Virus record (IMG/VR): IMGVR_UViG_3300033144_003744 | Coordinates: 1-64,000 of that record | DNA: 64,000 bases | Source: a virus | Reading direction: 5' to 3' (one strand) | Part shown: positions 19,824 through 29,881 of the stretch, piece by piece | How positions within the stretch are numbered: the first letter of the stretch is position 1 | How the letters are laid out: the number at the start of each line of letters is the position of its first letter | Made by a program: the position numbers and the translations under genes | The notes under the pieces: generated by a model | What the model saw: the letters and a program-made list of their open reading frames with translations, nothing else | Told to the model about the DNA's origin: nothing | The model's database searches: none

Positions 19824-21111
19824 GATCTTCCTTCGTAAAATCCTCTATGTCAAAATCTGTCTTTAGATCTTCAAATGCATAAACTCCAAATGCATTCAAT
19901 CTCATTGGACCAACTTCTTCACCCTCTGCCTTTCTACCCCTGGTGGGGAAACAAGTTAGAAGTACACGACTATCTGTTCCAAAATCAATTGTATTTGCTT
20001 TAGCTACCCAAGTAGTTATATTTGACTGAATCTTCTCTATATCAAAATCTGCTCTCAATGATTCATCATCTACAACCATCTTATCTGACCAATCTTTCTC
20101 TGGGTCAAGATTTGGATATAGTTCCATAACATCTACTTCTACTAATATAGCCTGATTATGTAAACCATATGTTCTTGCTTTCTTTTTGGCTTCGACATCA
20201 ATTAAGAAATTTTCTACTTCGCCCAATACTACTGTTTTATCAGCCATGAAGTCTAATTCTAAAATAGACTCTATAAACGAAGCTTCACCAAATGGATTCC
20301 AATCAGTATCTACAAATACAGCCTGTTTAGGCATATTCATTAGATTATAGTCTATGTCATCTTTCTTAGTGAAGTTAAGTGCTCTGACCACATATGCATT
20401 ATTTATAGCTGGCATAGTCTGAGTTGCAGTATCTCCTCGAAGCATGAATCTAGCCCATTTAGCATCTCCACCGGATTGTGGCTCTGCTACTCCATATACA
20501 TACCTGGAATATTTATGTCTTGGATATTCAAGACCATATCCTTTATTTGCTTTACTACCAAAACCAAACTCATTAATATCTACAGGCGCAATCCAAAGGC
20601 CAGATTCTTCTCCAAATTCTTCTGCATTATCAGAAACTTTGGCAACAATTTCTTCAATAATAGGCTCATATTCTTCTGAAGCTGGATCTTTCATGGGGTC
20701 ATAATCCTTGGCTTCAATATCTGTAGTATAAAAATGACTATGATATCTTTTAAGAATACCCTCGTCTACTTCTGTATATTCATTTACTCTACCTTCCATT
20801 ACATACTTATTTGGATTAGCTTCATAAAGTTCTACAGCTTCCTTTCTATTATAAGAAACTCCATCCTTTATATCAGATATACCCATTACAAAGAAGTTAA
20901 ATGGCTTTGCTGGACTGTTTTCAATAGCTACCAGTTCTGCCCTATATTTCTGTCTAAACAATGCCTGTGCTCTCTGATCGAGTTTCTCACCAGTCAGTCT
21001 ACCATTATATTTCTGTTCTATGCTATCTCTATAATCAGCAAATTCATTTGCTAATTCATCTGTACTTTTGCCTACCTTAGAAGATAGGTCTACTAAAAAT
21101 TCATTACTCAT
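19819..21111 (-). CDS. Putative single-stranded DNA-binding (RPA/OB-fold-like) protein
   Basis: Acidic 430 aa protein with beta-rich segments and acidic tail, directly upstream of the ATPase; mostly positional inference. Confidence 0.4.
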   Translation of the reverse strand: MSNEFLVDLSSKVGKSTDELANEFADYRDSIEQKYNGRLTGEKLDQRAQALFRQKYRAELVAIENSPAKPFNFFVMGISDIKDGVSYNRKEAVELYEANPNKYVMEGRVNEYTEVDEGILKRYHSHFYTTDIEAKDYDPMKDPASEEYEPIIEEIVAKVSDNAEEFGEESGLWIAPVDINEFGFGSKANKGYGLEYPRHKYSRYVYGVAEPQSGGDAKWARFMLRGDTATQTMPAINNAYVVRALNFTKKDDIDYNLMNMPKQAVFVDTDWNPFGEASFIESILELDFMADKTVVLGEVENFLIDVEAKKKARTYGLHNQAILVEVDVMELYPNLDPEKDWSDKMVVDDESLRADFDIEKIQSNITTWVAKANTIDFGTDSRVLLTCFPTRGRKAEGEEVGPMRLNAFGVYAFEDLKTDFDIEDFTKEDL

Positions 21112-21318
21112 TTGTTTTCCTCCAGTTTAATATAATCTTATTTTTCTTTCAAATATTGCCTTTATAAAATGATAATCTCCATCTCCCATAATATTTGCAC
21201 GTAAACAATCATTCATTCCATAAATTAGTTCACGCATATTATGTATGTTTTTCTCCTCTTCATCGTTTTCAGGATAAAAAAATTTTGTTATGTGTTCTTT
21301 CATTATATTACCATTTAA

Positions 21319-21579
21319 TTATTTATAATTCTCTTCCCATTCATACGTTGTATTATGTATTTCTGCGGGAAGACGATACACCCAGGTATCTTTTTCTTTC
21401 TTTCTATTTAACAATTCCATGTCATACATATGCTTTAATCTGTATGCTGCCTTTATTTTTGATAGATTATTAGACTCTATATCAGATGCAATGATTGTTT
21501 TGTTCTTCTTTAAGAATATTACAACTTCTTGGTATTCTGACATATTTGTCAACAATGCTATAGCTCGTTTTTTTACCAT
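21319..21579 (-). CDS. Winged helix-like DNA-binding protein
   Basis: AYRLKHMYDMELLNRKK...WVYRL wing pattern. Confidence 0.5.
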   Translation of the reverse strand: MVKKRAIALLTNMSEYQEVVIFLKKNKTIIASDIESNNLSKIKAAYRLKHMYDMELLNRKKEKDTWVYRLPAEIHNTTYEWEENYK

Positions 21580-21595
21580 TTTAGTTTATCTCTTA

Positions 21596-22501
21596 TTATT
21601 TTGCCCGCTTCAATAAAACTCTTTTTAATACAGGAACGCATTGTTTAGCTATGAGTCCACGTAATTCCTTAAAATTTATTCTGTCAAAATCTTTGTATAT
21701 CTCAATTGAATGTTCTAAAAAAATATCTTCTGCAACCGCGTTAAATAATACAGGAATTAGAGACATATCTATTTTATATCCTTCATCCGATAATTTATGA
21801 ATTGTTTTTTCTATTCTTGCATTAGTGCCATAAGTCAAAGATATTAATTTTGTAGAATTACTCTCTTTTGGTGGCTGATCACTGCCCCCAAATGCCAATT
21901 TATTTTTTTCTTTGAACTCATCCGTTACTATTTTTGCAAATAAAGGCTGTTCAAATTTATTTAATCTGCTGTAATTCTTTAAAACTACACCCTCTGCTGA
22001 ACCGTCTTTATATGCTGAATTTTTTATACATTCCTCTAATTCTTCTATAGAAATTTCACTTCCATCTCTTTCAAAGTGAATGTGAATAAATTCAAGCCCA
22101 AGAGATTCAAATTTTTCTTTTGCTTCTTTCCATGATAAAAATAATTCAGTTTCTGTATTCCAAATATCATAACCTATAAATCCAGGGACATCATCATTAT
22201 ATTTTATAGTATGACGTTGAAGGCTTTCTCCTATGTAAAGATATTTTGAACTAAATTTATCTTTATATAACCCGTATGCTTCTATAACAGGAAGTATTGC
22301 ATTCCATCCTTTTGGGTCTTTCTTATCTACCATAACTCTATTTCTGCTAGCAAAAGTTAATTCGTTGTTATCTAAGAAAAAACAAAAATTTGCACCATCC
22401 ACTTTTTCTTGAACAACGACCTTCCCATCAAAAATTCCTTCTGTCTCAATTGTTCCGAGTGCTTTTATTTTTATGTATTTCTTCCATATCATATTAATCA
22501 C
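21596..22501 (-). CDS. ATP-dependent RNA ligase (Rnl2-like)
   Basis: QEKVDGAN motif I, SRN, GE, FIGYDI, EGVVLKN, AKIV..EFKE. Confidence 0.85.
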   Translation of the reverse strand: MINMIWKKYIKIKALGTIETEGIFDGKVVVQEKVDGANFCFFLDNNELTFASRNRVMVDKKDPKGWNAILPVIEAYGLYKDKFSSKYLYIGESLQRHTIKYNDDVPGFIGYDIWNTETELFLSWKEAKEKFESLGLEFIHIHFERDGSEISIEELEECIKNSAYKDGSAEGVVLKNYSRLNKFEQPLFAKIVTDEFKEKNKLAFGGSDQPPKESNSTKLISLTYGTNARIEKTIHKLSDEGYKIDMSLIPVLFNAVAEDIFLEHSIEIYKDFDRINFKELRGLIAKQCVPVLKRVLLKRAK

Positions 22502-23251
22502 TTATATTCCTATACTCCTATAATCAATTTTACTATCATATTCTAATATTAGTTCTCTTATGTATAATAATCTTGAAATAAACCCTTCATAATAATCCCT
22601 CACATATTTTCCTGATGTTTTTGAATGACAGGAATTACATAATGGTATTAATTTCCAATCACTATTACAACCTTGATTTTTATTATAATCCACGTGATGA
22701 ACATGTAATTTTATTTTACAATTATTTTCTGACATACCACACAAAAAACATTTTCTATTAAACTCTTCTCTTACTTGTTCCTTTATTTTATTATTAAAAT
22801 TTATACAATATGGTTCAAAAGAAATACCACCCTGCCATCCTGGAGATTTTTCACCATATCTATGTACCCCATACATAGGATTATTTTTACCAGAATTAGC
22901 TTTACTTAAATTATCTCTATGTTTTTTTGAAAATTTTTTGACCATGGCAGATTTACTCATTTTTTGTCTTGTTTCAATAGAAACCTTTCTATTGCTCATT
23001 TTTTGTTTAAATTCTTTTGAGTGATTTTTCCCATAAAATGGATTATCTTTACCATATCTATGAATATTAAACATAGGGTTATTTTTTCCAGAGGTAGCAC
23101 AGGATAAACATAAATCTTTATAACAATAAAAACTTAATATTCTTTCCTTTCCACAACCATTACATATAACAATAATTTTTTTATGTGATCCCTTTGTTAA
23201 ACTATCAGATGTATAACCGAATTGTTCTAATGTTTTTTCTTCGTCTATCAT
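22502..23251 (-). CDS. HNH homing endonuclease (N-terminal Zn finger, NUMOD3, HNH)
   Basis: GKNNPM repeats, WQGGISFEPYC, CFLC, VHHVDYNK, LCNSCH. Confidence 0.85.
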   Translation of the reverse strand: MIDEEKTLEQFGYTSDSLTKGSHKKIIVICNGCGKERILSFYCYKDLCLSCATSGKNNPMFNIHRYGKDNPFYGKNHSKEFKQKMSNRKVSIETRQKMSKSAMVKKFSKKHRDNLSKANSGKNNPMYGVHRYGEKSPGWQGGISFEPYCINFNNKIKEQVREEFNRKCFLCGMSENNCKIKLHVHHVDYNKNQGCNSDWKLIPLCNSCHSKTSGKYVRDYYEGFISRLLYIRELILEYDSKIDYRSIGI

Positions 23252-24235
23252 CTTATTTTCTTCTATCCATTAATGTTCCTCTATAATAAATATCAACGTC
23301 ATTAGTATCTATATCTACTGCAATTACATACTCAGTTTGATTTATATACCCATCTACGGCCACCTCAAAATCTGCTTCTTTATGTACATCTTCAAGATTA
23401 GATACAAATCTACCTGTTTTTATATCAAGCATAAAATATTCATCCATCTTACGATATAAAACATCTTCCCGTGCATCATCTAATGATTTATTCATTCCAT
23501 TAGAATATACATCATCATTATGGGATACTATTATATAACCTATCATTTTAATTCTCTCCGATAAATGTATATGTCACGTCACCATCTACACTCACCCATT
23601 TCTCTGAAGATGCTATTTGTTCTAATGCAAGCATTTTTCTAAATATTGGACATACATCAGTTCCATTACATTTAAATGGTAGATTACCTGCTGATTGCAA
23701 TCCACACAAACCTTCATGATTCATTCCACATTCAGTCATATTAATCATCCATAAATTGTATATGTATATTATTAACTTTATGGCCATCATCAATTGTTAA
23801 ATAATCACCCTCTATACTAACAATTACTTTATCACCATTATACTTGGTAACAACCAATGAATGTTTACCACAATCAAACCCATGAGTTACTTTTAATGGA
23901 AATTCCTTTCTGAGTTTAATGGGTAAATCTGATATTTTAATATACCCACCTTCTATTCCAAATTCTATATCACCAGATAAAACATGAGTATCATTACAAC
24001 ATTCATTCATCTCATTATATTCATTACACATATCAGATAATAAATAATGATTATTTTCATATGGTATTGGAAATATAATTACATTTTTACAATTAGTACA
24101 TCTTATATAACTAAAATCTTCAATTTTCATTTAAATTACTCCTTTCTATTCTAACCATCTGATCATTATACTGTCTTGATCCTTCTTTCATACCATCTGT
24201 ATTTTTATTCTTTCGTTCATCTTTCATTTTATCAC

Positions 24236-24796
24236 CTATAAGTATTTAAATGCTAATTCATTAATTTCTTTCATATTCTTACTGGTAAATACATTATGTT
24301 GTATAGATTTATGTAAATGATGTGGCATAAAGATTATATGATATTTATTAATATGATGTGCGTCCCATCCTTCTTGCCATTCATTTAGCATTTCAGAACC
24401 TAACTCCCTACGTCTGGCGGCCGATCGCCTTCTCGATTCATTATGTTTTCTTAGGTTCTCTTTATGCCATTCTTCTGAAGTTCTGATTACACTGCCGTTT
24501 TTCCTATATTTCTTTTCACATTCTTTGCACTGTGTTGACAAACCGTCTGGTTTGTATTTATTATTACAAAATTGAGAAGAAGATTTTAATTCTTTACAAG
24601 TGGGGCATATTTTTTCTTTTACATAAATTTTTTTCTTATCTTTATTCTTTAAGTTCCTTCTGTGGTCATCTTCCTTTCTACAAGCTTTACATATATATTG
24701 TTGGAAGTTTCCTCTCTTGTGAAACTCAGATTTAGGTTTTATTTCATGACATCTATTACATTCTTTCATAATATGCCCTACATTAAATTTTACCAA
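24236..24796 (-). CDS. Putative HNH-like endonuclease with two CxxC fingers
   Basis: CNRC/CKAC, CPTC/CKEC; HHIN...FMP..LH.SI.H...M.EIN.LAF C-terminus shared with five other ORFs. Confidence 0.7.
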   Translation of the reverse strand: MVKFNVGHIMKECNRCHEIKPKSEFHKRGNFQQYICKACRKEDDHRRNLKNKDKKKIYVKEKICPTCKELKSSSQFCNNKYKPDGLSTQCKECEKKYRKNGSVIRTSEEWHKENLRKHNESRRRSAARRRELGSEMLNEWQEGWDAHHINKYHIIFMPHHLHKSIQHNVFTSKNMKEINELAFKYL

Positions 24797-25728
24797 TCTA
24801 GCCCTTGAGATATTTTATTTACTATGTGTTTCATATTTTCACAATCAGTTACAATTTCTTTTAGTATTTTATTTCTTTCTGTTTTTTGATAAGTTCCCAT
24901 ATATAATGAATGTCCAATCATAGCCATATTATGTGTTTTAATTTTCAATTCTTCATTATCACATTTTAGATGAAATATTGTATTATTATATTTTAAATAA
25001 TATCTCAATGTAGACATCCCATGTGAAAAATTACCATATGTTTGTAAATCATCAGAACATCTTATTATTATATTATAATAATCTATTAAATTTTGATATG
25101 AATTACCATAACTTAATATGCGTTTTTGGTCATTTTCTCCAACTAACATTATTTTCTACCTCAATTTATTATTATTTATTTAGAACTAGCACTTATACAT
25201 CATTATTATCTAAATCGCAACCACTATTTTCAAATGCTCCTACAAGATACACTATAAAAACACTTATTAATGCCATGAACATAGCATTTTGAAGAAGTTG
25301 TATAAAAAAGAATATAGATATAACAAATTGCAGAATATTAATCTTTGTATTCCATTTCATTATGTTATCTCATATAATTATCTTGTCATTTTTATTCTCA
25401 CCGTATTCTTTATTCAAACATTTTCTACATAAATTAGTTTCAATATTCAAATGTAATGTGGTTCTTTCACATCTCTTGCATTTACCATTTGTGTATTTCA
25501 TTTTTTATTACCTCCAATCTAACAGAATAATTACATTATTATATGTTTTGTATTCCAGTGCATTTTTATTTTTCATATATACACCTCTACCCAATTTTTT
25601 CATTACTCTTAATGTCATATCTGTTATACTAGCACGTATAAACGTATATCCATATTCTGGATGTATTGTTACATATGCATTTGGTATATTTATGAATCCT
25701 TTCATATTTATTCTCCATTTAAATTAAA

Positions 25729-25902
25729 GCTGATGGTCGGTATTGCACCAGACATATATCTATTTCACCAGCAATTTCTAGCCCGAAGGCTTTGTTCTAT
25801 TCTGCTTATACATGGTATATCATTCGGCTTTACACATCGCCTTTCGAGGATTGTGTCGCAGTCGTCAAACCATCCACAAAGGGTCTCTACAACCCCTGTT
25901 TC
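25729..25902 (-). ncRNA. Putative structured ncRNA ending in a mini-tRNA element
   Basis: GC-richer intergenic stretch after a TATA box; hairpins including AGCC-TTCG-GGCT; 3' module GCTGGTG/CATCAGC plus GTC(T)GG-TGCAATA-CCGAC. Confidence 0.6.
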
Positions 25903-25905
25903 ATT

Positions 25906-25938
25906 ATACACTTAATATGTGCTTATCGTATATATAGA
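25906..25938 (-). promoter_or_regulatory. Viral promoter motif, copy 1
   Basis: TATA followed by ATACGATAAGCACATATTAAGTGTAT; 25/26 identical to 48198-48223. Confidence 0.7.
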
Positions 25939-25986
25939 TATTCATTAGAAATATTTATATACTTAAATCAAACATATTATACTAAT

Positions 25987-26361
25987 ATGATTAGATGTAA
26001 TTTCTGCCAAAATAGTTACGAAGAATGTGAAATTGATAACCTTTTTCTCGACTTTTCTACTTCTAATAATGATCCTTCTAATATGGTTAGAGCCTGTATG
26101 AATTGTATAAAGGCATTCAAATTGAAGAGAGCTATTACGGCTATTAAAGCATTAAGAGAACTCGGATTTATCACTGATAATAAAGCAGAATGGAGATATA
26201 ACAACAAACTAGTTCGTAGTGAGCTTACTAATGTTCAAGAATTAAAAGTTATAAATTCTCAATTAGAACAACAGGTTCATGATTTAGAAAATTATATCTC
26301 CATGCTTGAAAAACATGATTTTAAAATACCACAACTATCTACAAAAATAACCGGTGTTTAG
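25987..26361 (+). CDS. Zn-finger plus coiled-coil protein
   Basis: CNFC..CMNC followed by heptad repeats; probable start MIRCNFC. Confidence 0.55.
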   Translation: MIRCNFCQNSYEECEIDNLFLDFSTSNNDPSNMVRACMNCIKAFKLKRAITAIKALRELGFITDNKAEWRYNNKLVRSELTNVQELKVINSQLEQQVHDLENYISMLEKHDFKIPQLSTKITGV

Positions 26362-26938
26362 AATGAAAACAAAATCATTTACATTATTTAGTTGTGTAAA
26401 AAATAATAATTATGTAAGTGTTGTTATTTCAATTAAAGAAAATGGGACATTTGCTAGTAAAAATTCAATTAAATTTACAAATTATAAGGGTAAAAAAGAA
26501 TATGATAAACAATATAGATTAAATAATGCACACAAAAGAAAACAATATTATAATAATAATAGAAAAATAATATTAAATAATAAAATAAAATATTATAAAA
26601 TTAATAAAGAAAAAATACTAAATAATGCTAAAAAATACTATATAAATAATAAAGAAAAAATACTTGAAAGGGCAAAACAATATTATAAAAGTACTCCAAA
26701 TAAACATAAATTGTGGGCAAGAAGAAAAAATGCAAAACGTAAAGGATGGGGTATAAATCCAATAAATGAACCATTTGAAAATTGTCATTTTCATCATTTA
26801 CATATAAATGGAGATCATAGTATAGGCATTTATATTCCAATGGATTTACATAAAGGTATATATCATAGTTATAAAAATGAAGAGAGTATGGAAAAGATTA
26901 ATAAAATAGCAATGGATTGGTATGATTTAAATGAGTAA
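26354..26938 (+). CDS. Putative HNH-like endonuclease with K/Y-rich repeats
   Basis: YY..NKEKIL repeats; FHHLHIN...GIYIP.DLH..IYH...M.KINK.A. Confidence 0.7.
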   Translation: MFRMKTKSFTLFSCVKNNNYVSVVISIKENGTFASKNSIKFTNYKGKKEYDKQYRLNNAHKRKQYYNNNRKIILNNKIKYYKINKEKILNNAKKYYINNKEKILERAKQYYKSTPNKHKLWARRKNAKRKGWGINPINEPFENCHFHHLHINGDHSIGIYIPMDLHKGIYHSYKNEESMEKINKIAMDWYDLNE

Positions 26939-27203
26939 ATATAAACAACTAGTAGGAACATGTCCAGAATGTTCTGAAACAACGATGTTCGACGAGAGAT
27001 CAGAAATAATATGTCAGGGCTGTGGACTGGTTATATTCCGACCAGGAAATGATCAGGTAGCTGTATATGTGGGTAACAATACCCCTTTAGTATATGAAAA
27101 AGAAGATTTTAAAATTCCGCATAATATGCATATCTCATCCGTAGCTGAGAGAATAGGATTAGCGATGATTGAACTAAAATATAATAGGGCTGATTTATTC
27201 TAA
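26931..27203 (+). CDS. TFIIB/TFB-type Zn-ribbon protein lacking cyclin folds
   Basis: CPECSETTMFDERSEIICQGCGLVI matches the TFB ribbon consensus. Confidence 0.7.
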   Translation: MSKYKQLVGTCPECSETTMFDERSEIICQGCGLVIFRPGNDQVAVYVGNNTPLVYEKEDFKIPHNMHISSVAERIGLAMIELKYNRADLF

Positions 27204-27380
27204 TCAACCCACTCGTATCCCATTATTTTATCTGTAAATTTTAATAATAAACAAAACTCATATTGGTATACTAGAAAATTATCATATATTTCTAAATGTT
27301 CTATTTTATTATCTTCTAATATTATACACCCAATAGGAATATCATCTATTACAATCTCTTCTCTTTTTCTCTCTATTATT

Positions 27381-27788
27381 TTAGTATCCATTATTTGCAC
27401 ACTTCATATCATTCTTAATTTTCTTTATTTTATTTATACCCTCAATATGATGATGCTGTTCACATGATATTTCTTCTACAATTCTTTCAAATTGTTTAAA
27501 TTGAAATTTTCTACTTCCAGAACAGAACCCATTATAATTTGTAATAAATTCATTAAATCTTAATATATTATTGAGTCCATTAATAATCAATTTATTATCC
27601 TTTACTTTAGATTTTATATCTAGACCTTGTAAGGTCTTAACAATATCAGATATTAATTCTTCTTCTTTTGATACTAGAATGAAACCAATTCCGACTGCAT
27701 GGCCAGAACCGTATTTTTCATTCTTAGTAATATTTACTTGAAAGGAACCTGCTATTTCTATAAGTCCCAATAGCCTAATCGGTTCCAT
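27381..27788 (-). CDS. Single-motif LAGLIDADG-like protein, catalytic acid apparently lost
   Basis: LLGLIEIAGSFQVNI; C-terminal H..IEGINKI..IK..M typical of the family. Confidence 0.65.
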   Translation of the reverse strand: MEPIRLLGLIEIAGSFQVNITKNEKYGSGHAVGIGFILVSKEEELISDIVKTLQGLDIKSKVKDNKLIINGLNNILRFNEFITNYNGFCSGSRKFQFKQFERIVEEISCEQHHHIEGINKIKKIKNDMKCANNGY

Positions 27789-28371
27789 AGTACTTCTCCA
27801 TTATCAAGTTCTGCATATTTTCTGGACTATTAAGAAAATCATTACTATCTTGTACCTCATCCCACAAAGAATCTGTACCATTTTCTGGTTTAACAGATTC
27901 TACTTTCATTTGTTCCTTTGGAACTATAATATTATCATACTTATCTAGAGAATCAATTACATTAATACTAGCATTGATCCTACAGCCACAAGGTGTTGTT
28001 ACCCTAGCATTACTATCTGTGTACTGACCATCACATATTAGAAGGCAGTAGTCTCTGTTGTTAAGTAATGTATTCCTATCCGGTCCAGAAAATGTCCTAC
28101 ATCCATTTGGATGTGAATGTATTAGGCAATTAAATTTTAATGGTATTACTTCGTTAAAACGTACTTGAACTGAAGTGTTTTCCTGATCTGGTATGTATAA
28201 ATCTACTAATTCGTTATCTTCAACAATGCCATAAATTGCTATCTCAATTCCGTGTCGTAACCCATAACGATAAACATCAAAGATTTCTTTATCTAATTCT
28301 TCTGGTATAAATAATTCATACTCTTGATGTGGGCAGTTATCATGTATGTTTTCTTCTAATTTCCAAGTCAT
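27775..28371 (-). CDS. JAB/JAMM (MPN+) metallopeptidase
   Basis: Upstream Glu (EIAIYG), PDQE, exact HxHx7SxxD motif HSHPNGCRTFSGPD. Confidence 0.9.
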   Translation of the reverse strand: MTWKLEENIHDNCPHQEYELFIPEELDKEIFDVYRYGLRHGIEIAIYGIVEDNELVDLYIPDQENTSVQVRFNEVIPLKFNCLIHSHPNGCRTFSGPDRNTLLNNRDYCLLICDGQYTDSNARVTTPCGCRINASINVIDSLDKYDNIIVPKEQMKVESVKPENGTDSLWDEVQDSNDFLNSPENMQNLIMEKYYGTD

Positions 28372-28961
28372 TATTTTATCCTCCTGATATCAAATGAAAC
28401 ACTTACTTTTTCTTCTGTTCCTGATGTAACTAAACCCATAGCGTGTGCAGCTACCATTGTTACTGTGGGAGCACATATTCCAGTGTATGAACTTACATCA
28501 CTGATGTTCCAGGTTGTAGATTTGGGAATCTTATTTGTAATACTATATCTTGTCTCATTAGCCCCAAGTGTCCAGATTGGCTTCTTATCAGCATGTTGCT
28601 GTATAGGTACTTTCATGGGATAATCTATACAATTCATTATTATTCCATTCATCTGAAACACATCATCTGGGTCTTCTATAAATGGATGTTCTATAACTTT
28701 CAATGATCTAAACCTTCTCAATGCTTCTGAACATAATTTAGTCTTCTCTTCTCCTTCTGACCATGCAGGATATGGTAGACGATTCCTATTGTGGTACTCT
28801 AAGGTGTCTCTATCATAAATATGAATCTTGGGTACACCTAAAAGAGCAGCATTATATGCAACCCAGGTTCCTACTCCACCAACTCCCAGTATGTGAATCT
28901 CTTCTGGAATAAAAAGATTCATTGATTCTTGACGATTATACACTCCAAGTTTTTCGCTCAT
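28371..28961 (-). CDS. ThiF/MoeB/E1-like Ubl-activating enzyme
   Basis: YNRQ, ILGVGGVG, YDRDTLEYHNRNRL, K, NCID. Confidence 0.9.
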   Translation of the reverse strand: MSEKLGVYNRQESMNLFIPEEIHILGVGGVGTWVAYNAALLGVPKIHIYDRDTLEYHNRNRLPYPAWSEGEEKTKLCSEALRRFRSLKVIEHPFIEDPDDVFQMNGIIMNCIDYPMKVPIQQHADKKPIWTLGANETRYSITNKIPKSTTWNISDVSSYTGICAPTVTMVAAHAMGLVTSGTEEKVSVSFDIRRIK

Positions 28962-29619
28962 GTGACACACCTCTCTCTTCTTGTGATTTGATTATTTTTC
29001 GTACTTGATTCTGTAATGTTCTGTATGGATATTGTCTATGATACGGTGAATCTAAATTTGCAATACTTACATGTTGTTTTATCCTAGACACCATAAACTC
29101 ATCCACTTTATCTATGTTTAAATTACCAGTACATAATGATCCACAATCAGTACCATCTTGATGAATGTAATTATGAAGTTCCCCATAATATCTAACTGCA
29201 TTACCAGATTCTTTATCAACAGTTATTTTTATAAGACCATGTACATATATTTTTTTAAGATCATCTGGAATAGAATACTTTGTTCCATAACGAACTATAG
29301 TTTTTATTTGTTCATAAATATAAACACTATACTCAATATATCCTTCTGTGATAATATATGGTATTGTTGAATCTTCCATGTTTACAATATGTTCACTGGA
29401 GTTTTTTATATTGTTTAGTTCATATTTCTTTTCATTAATTTTATTATCTAACTTATTAATTTCACTTCCTTGATTCTGCAAAAATACATTAATGGTTCTA
29501 TTTAAGTTAGATATATCAGCTAATTCTGTTCTAAATCCATCAATAAAATTAATAAATTTACTCCTTCTATCTTCAATAGAATTCATAAAATTTACAATAT
29601 CAGTATCTATTCCATTCAT
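28936..29619 (-). CDS. Coiled-coil plus putative prokaryotic E2-like conjugating domain
   Basis: N-terminal heptads; HNYIHQDGTDCGSLCTGN resembles E2 HP..dG.lC.G; downstream ANLDSPY; lies between Ubl and E1. Confidence 0.6.
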   Translation of the reverse strand: MNGIDTDIVNFMNSIEDRRSKFINFIDGFRTELADISNLNRTINVFLQNQGSEINKLDNKINEKKYELNNIKNSSEHIVNMEDSTIPYIITEGYIEYSVYIYEQIKTIVRYGTKYSIPDDLKKIYVHGLIKITVDKESGNAVRYYGELHNYIHQDGTDCGSLCTGNLNIDKVDEFMVSRIKQHVSIANLDSPYHRQYPYRTLQNQVRKIIKSQEERGVSHERKTWSV

Positions 29620-29635
29620 AATCTATCCTCCCGTT

Positions 29636-29663
29636 AAAAAATATATTGGGTGATTAAACCCAA
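29636..29663 (-). terminator. Hairpin plus T-tract overlapping the Ubl stop codon
   Basis: TTGGGT-TTAATC-ACCCAA followed by TATATTTTTT. Confidence 0.55.
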
Positions 29664-29881
29664 CTAGGCTTCTCTGATGTTTCAATTACAATTTCATACC
29701 AATCTGTACCAAGATCTCTAGCTTCATCTTTATCTAATTCGTCCCCATCTATATATACATCAAAACTATTAATACAATTAGCCTTTGCTATATCATATAT
29801 TGTTTCATATGCTGTCTTGTCATCAAAATCTGTTCCCGTTATAATTCCATTTACTGTTACTTTCTTAAAATCTATTTCCAT
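29654..29881 (-). CDS. Putative ubiquitin-like (beta-grasp) modifier
   Basis: 75 aa; beta-beta-alpha-beta(FDVYIDGDEL)-beta(EIVIET) pattern; first gene of the E2-E1-JAB operon; ends KPSWV. Confidence 0.6.
   Translation of the reverse strand: MEIDFKKVTVNGIITGTDFDDKTAYETIYDIAKANCINSFDVYIDGDELDKDEARDLGTDWYEIVIETSEKPSWV

Noticed and set aside
28371-28961. ThiF as a thiamine or molybdopterin biosynthesis gene
   Set aside because: No thiG, thiS-GG, moaE or sulfurtransferase neighbours; context is JAB plus an E2-like gene.
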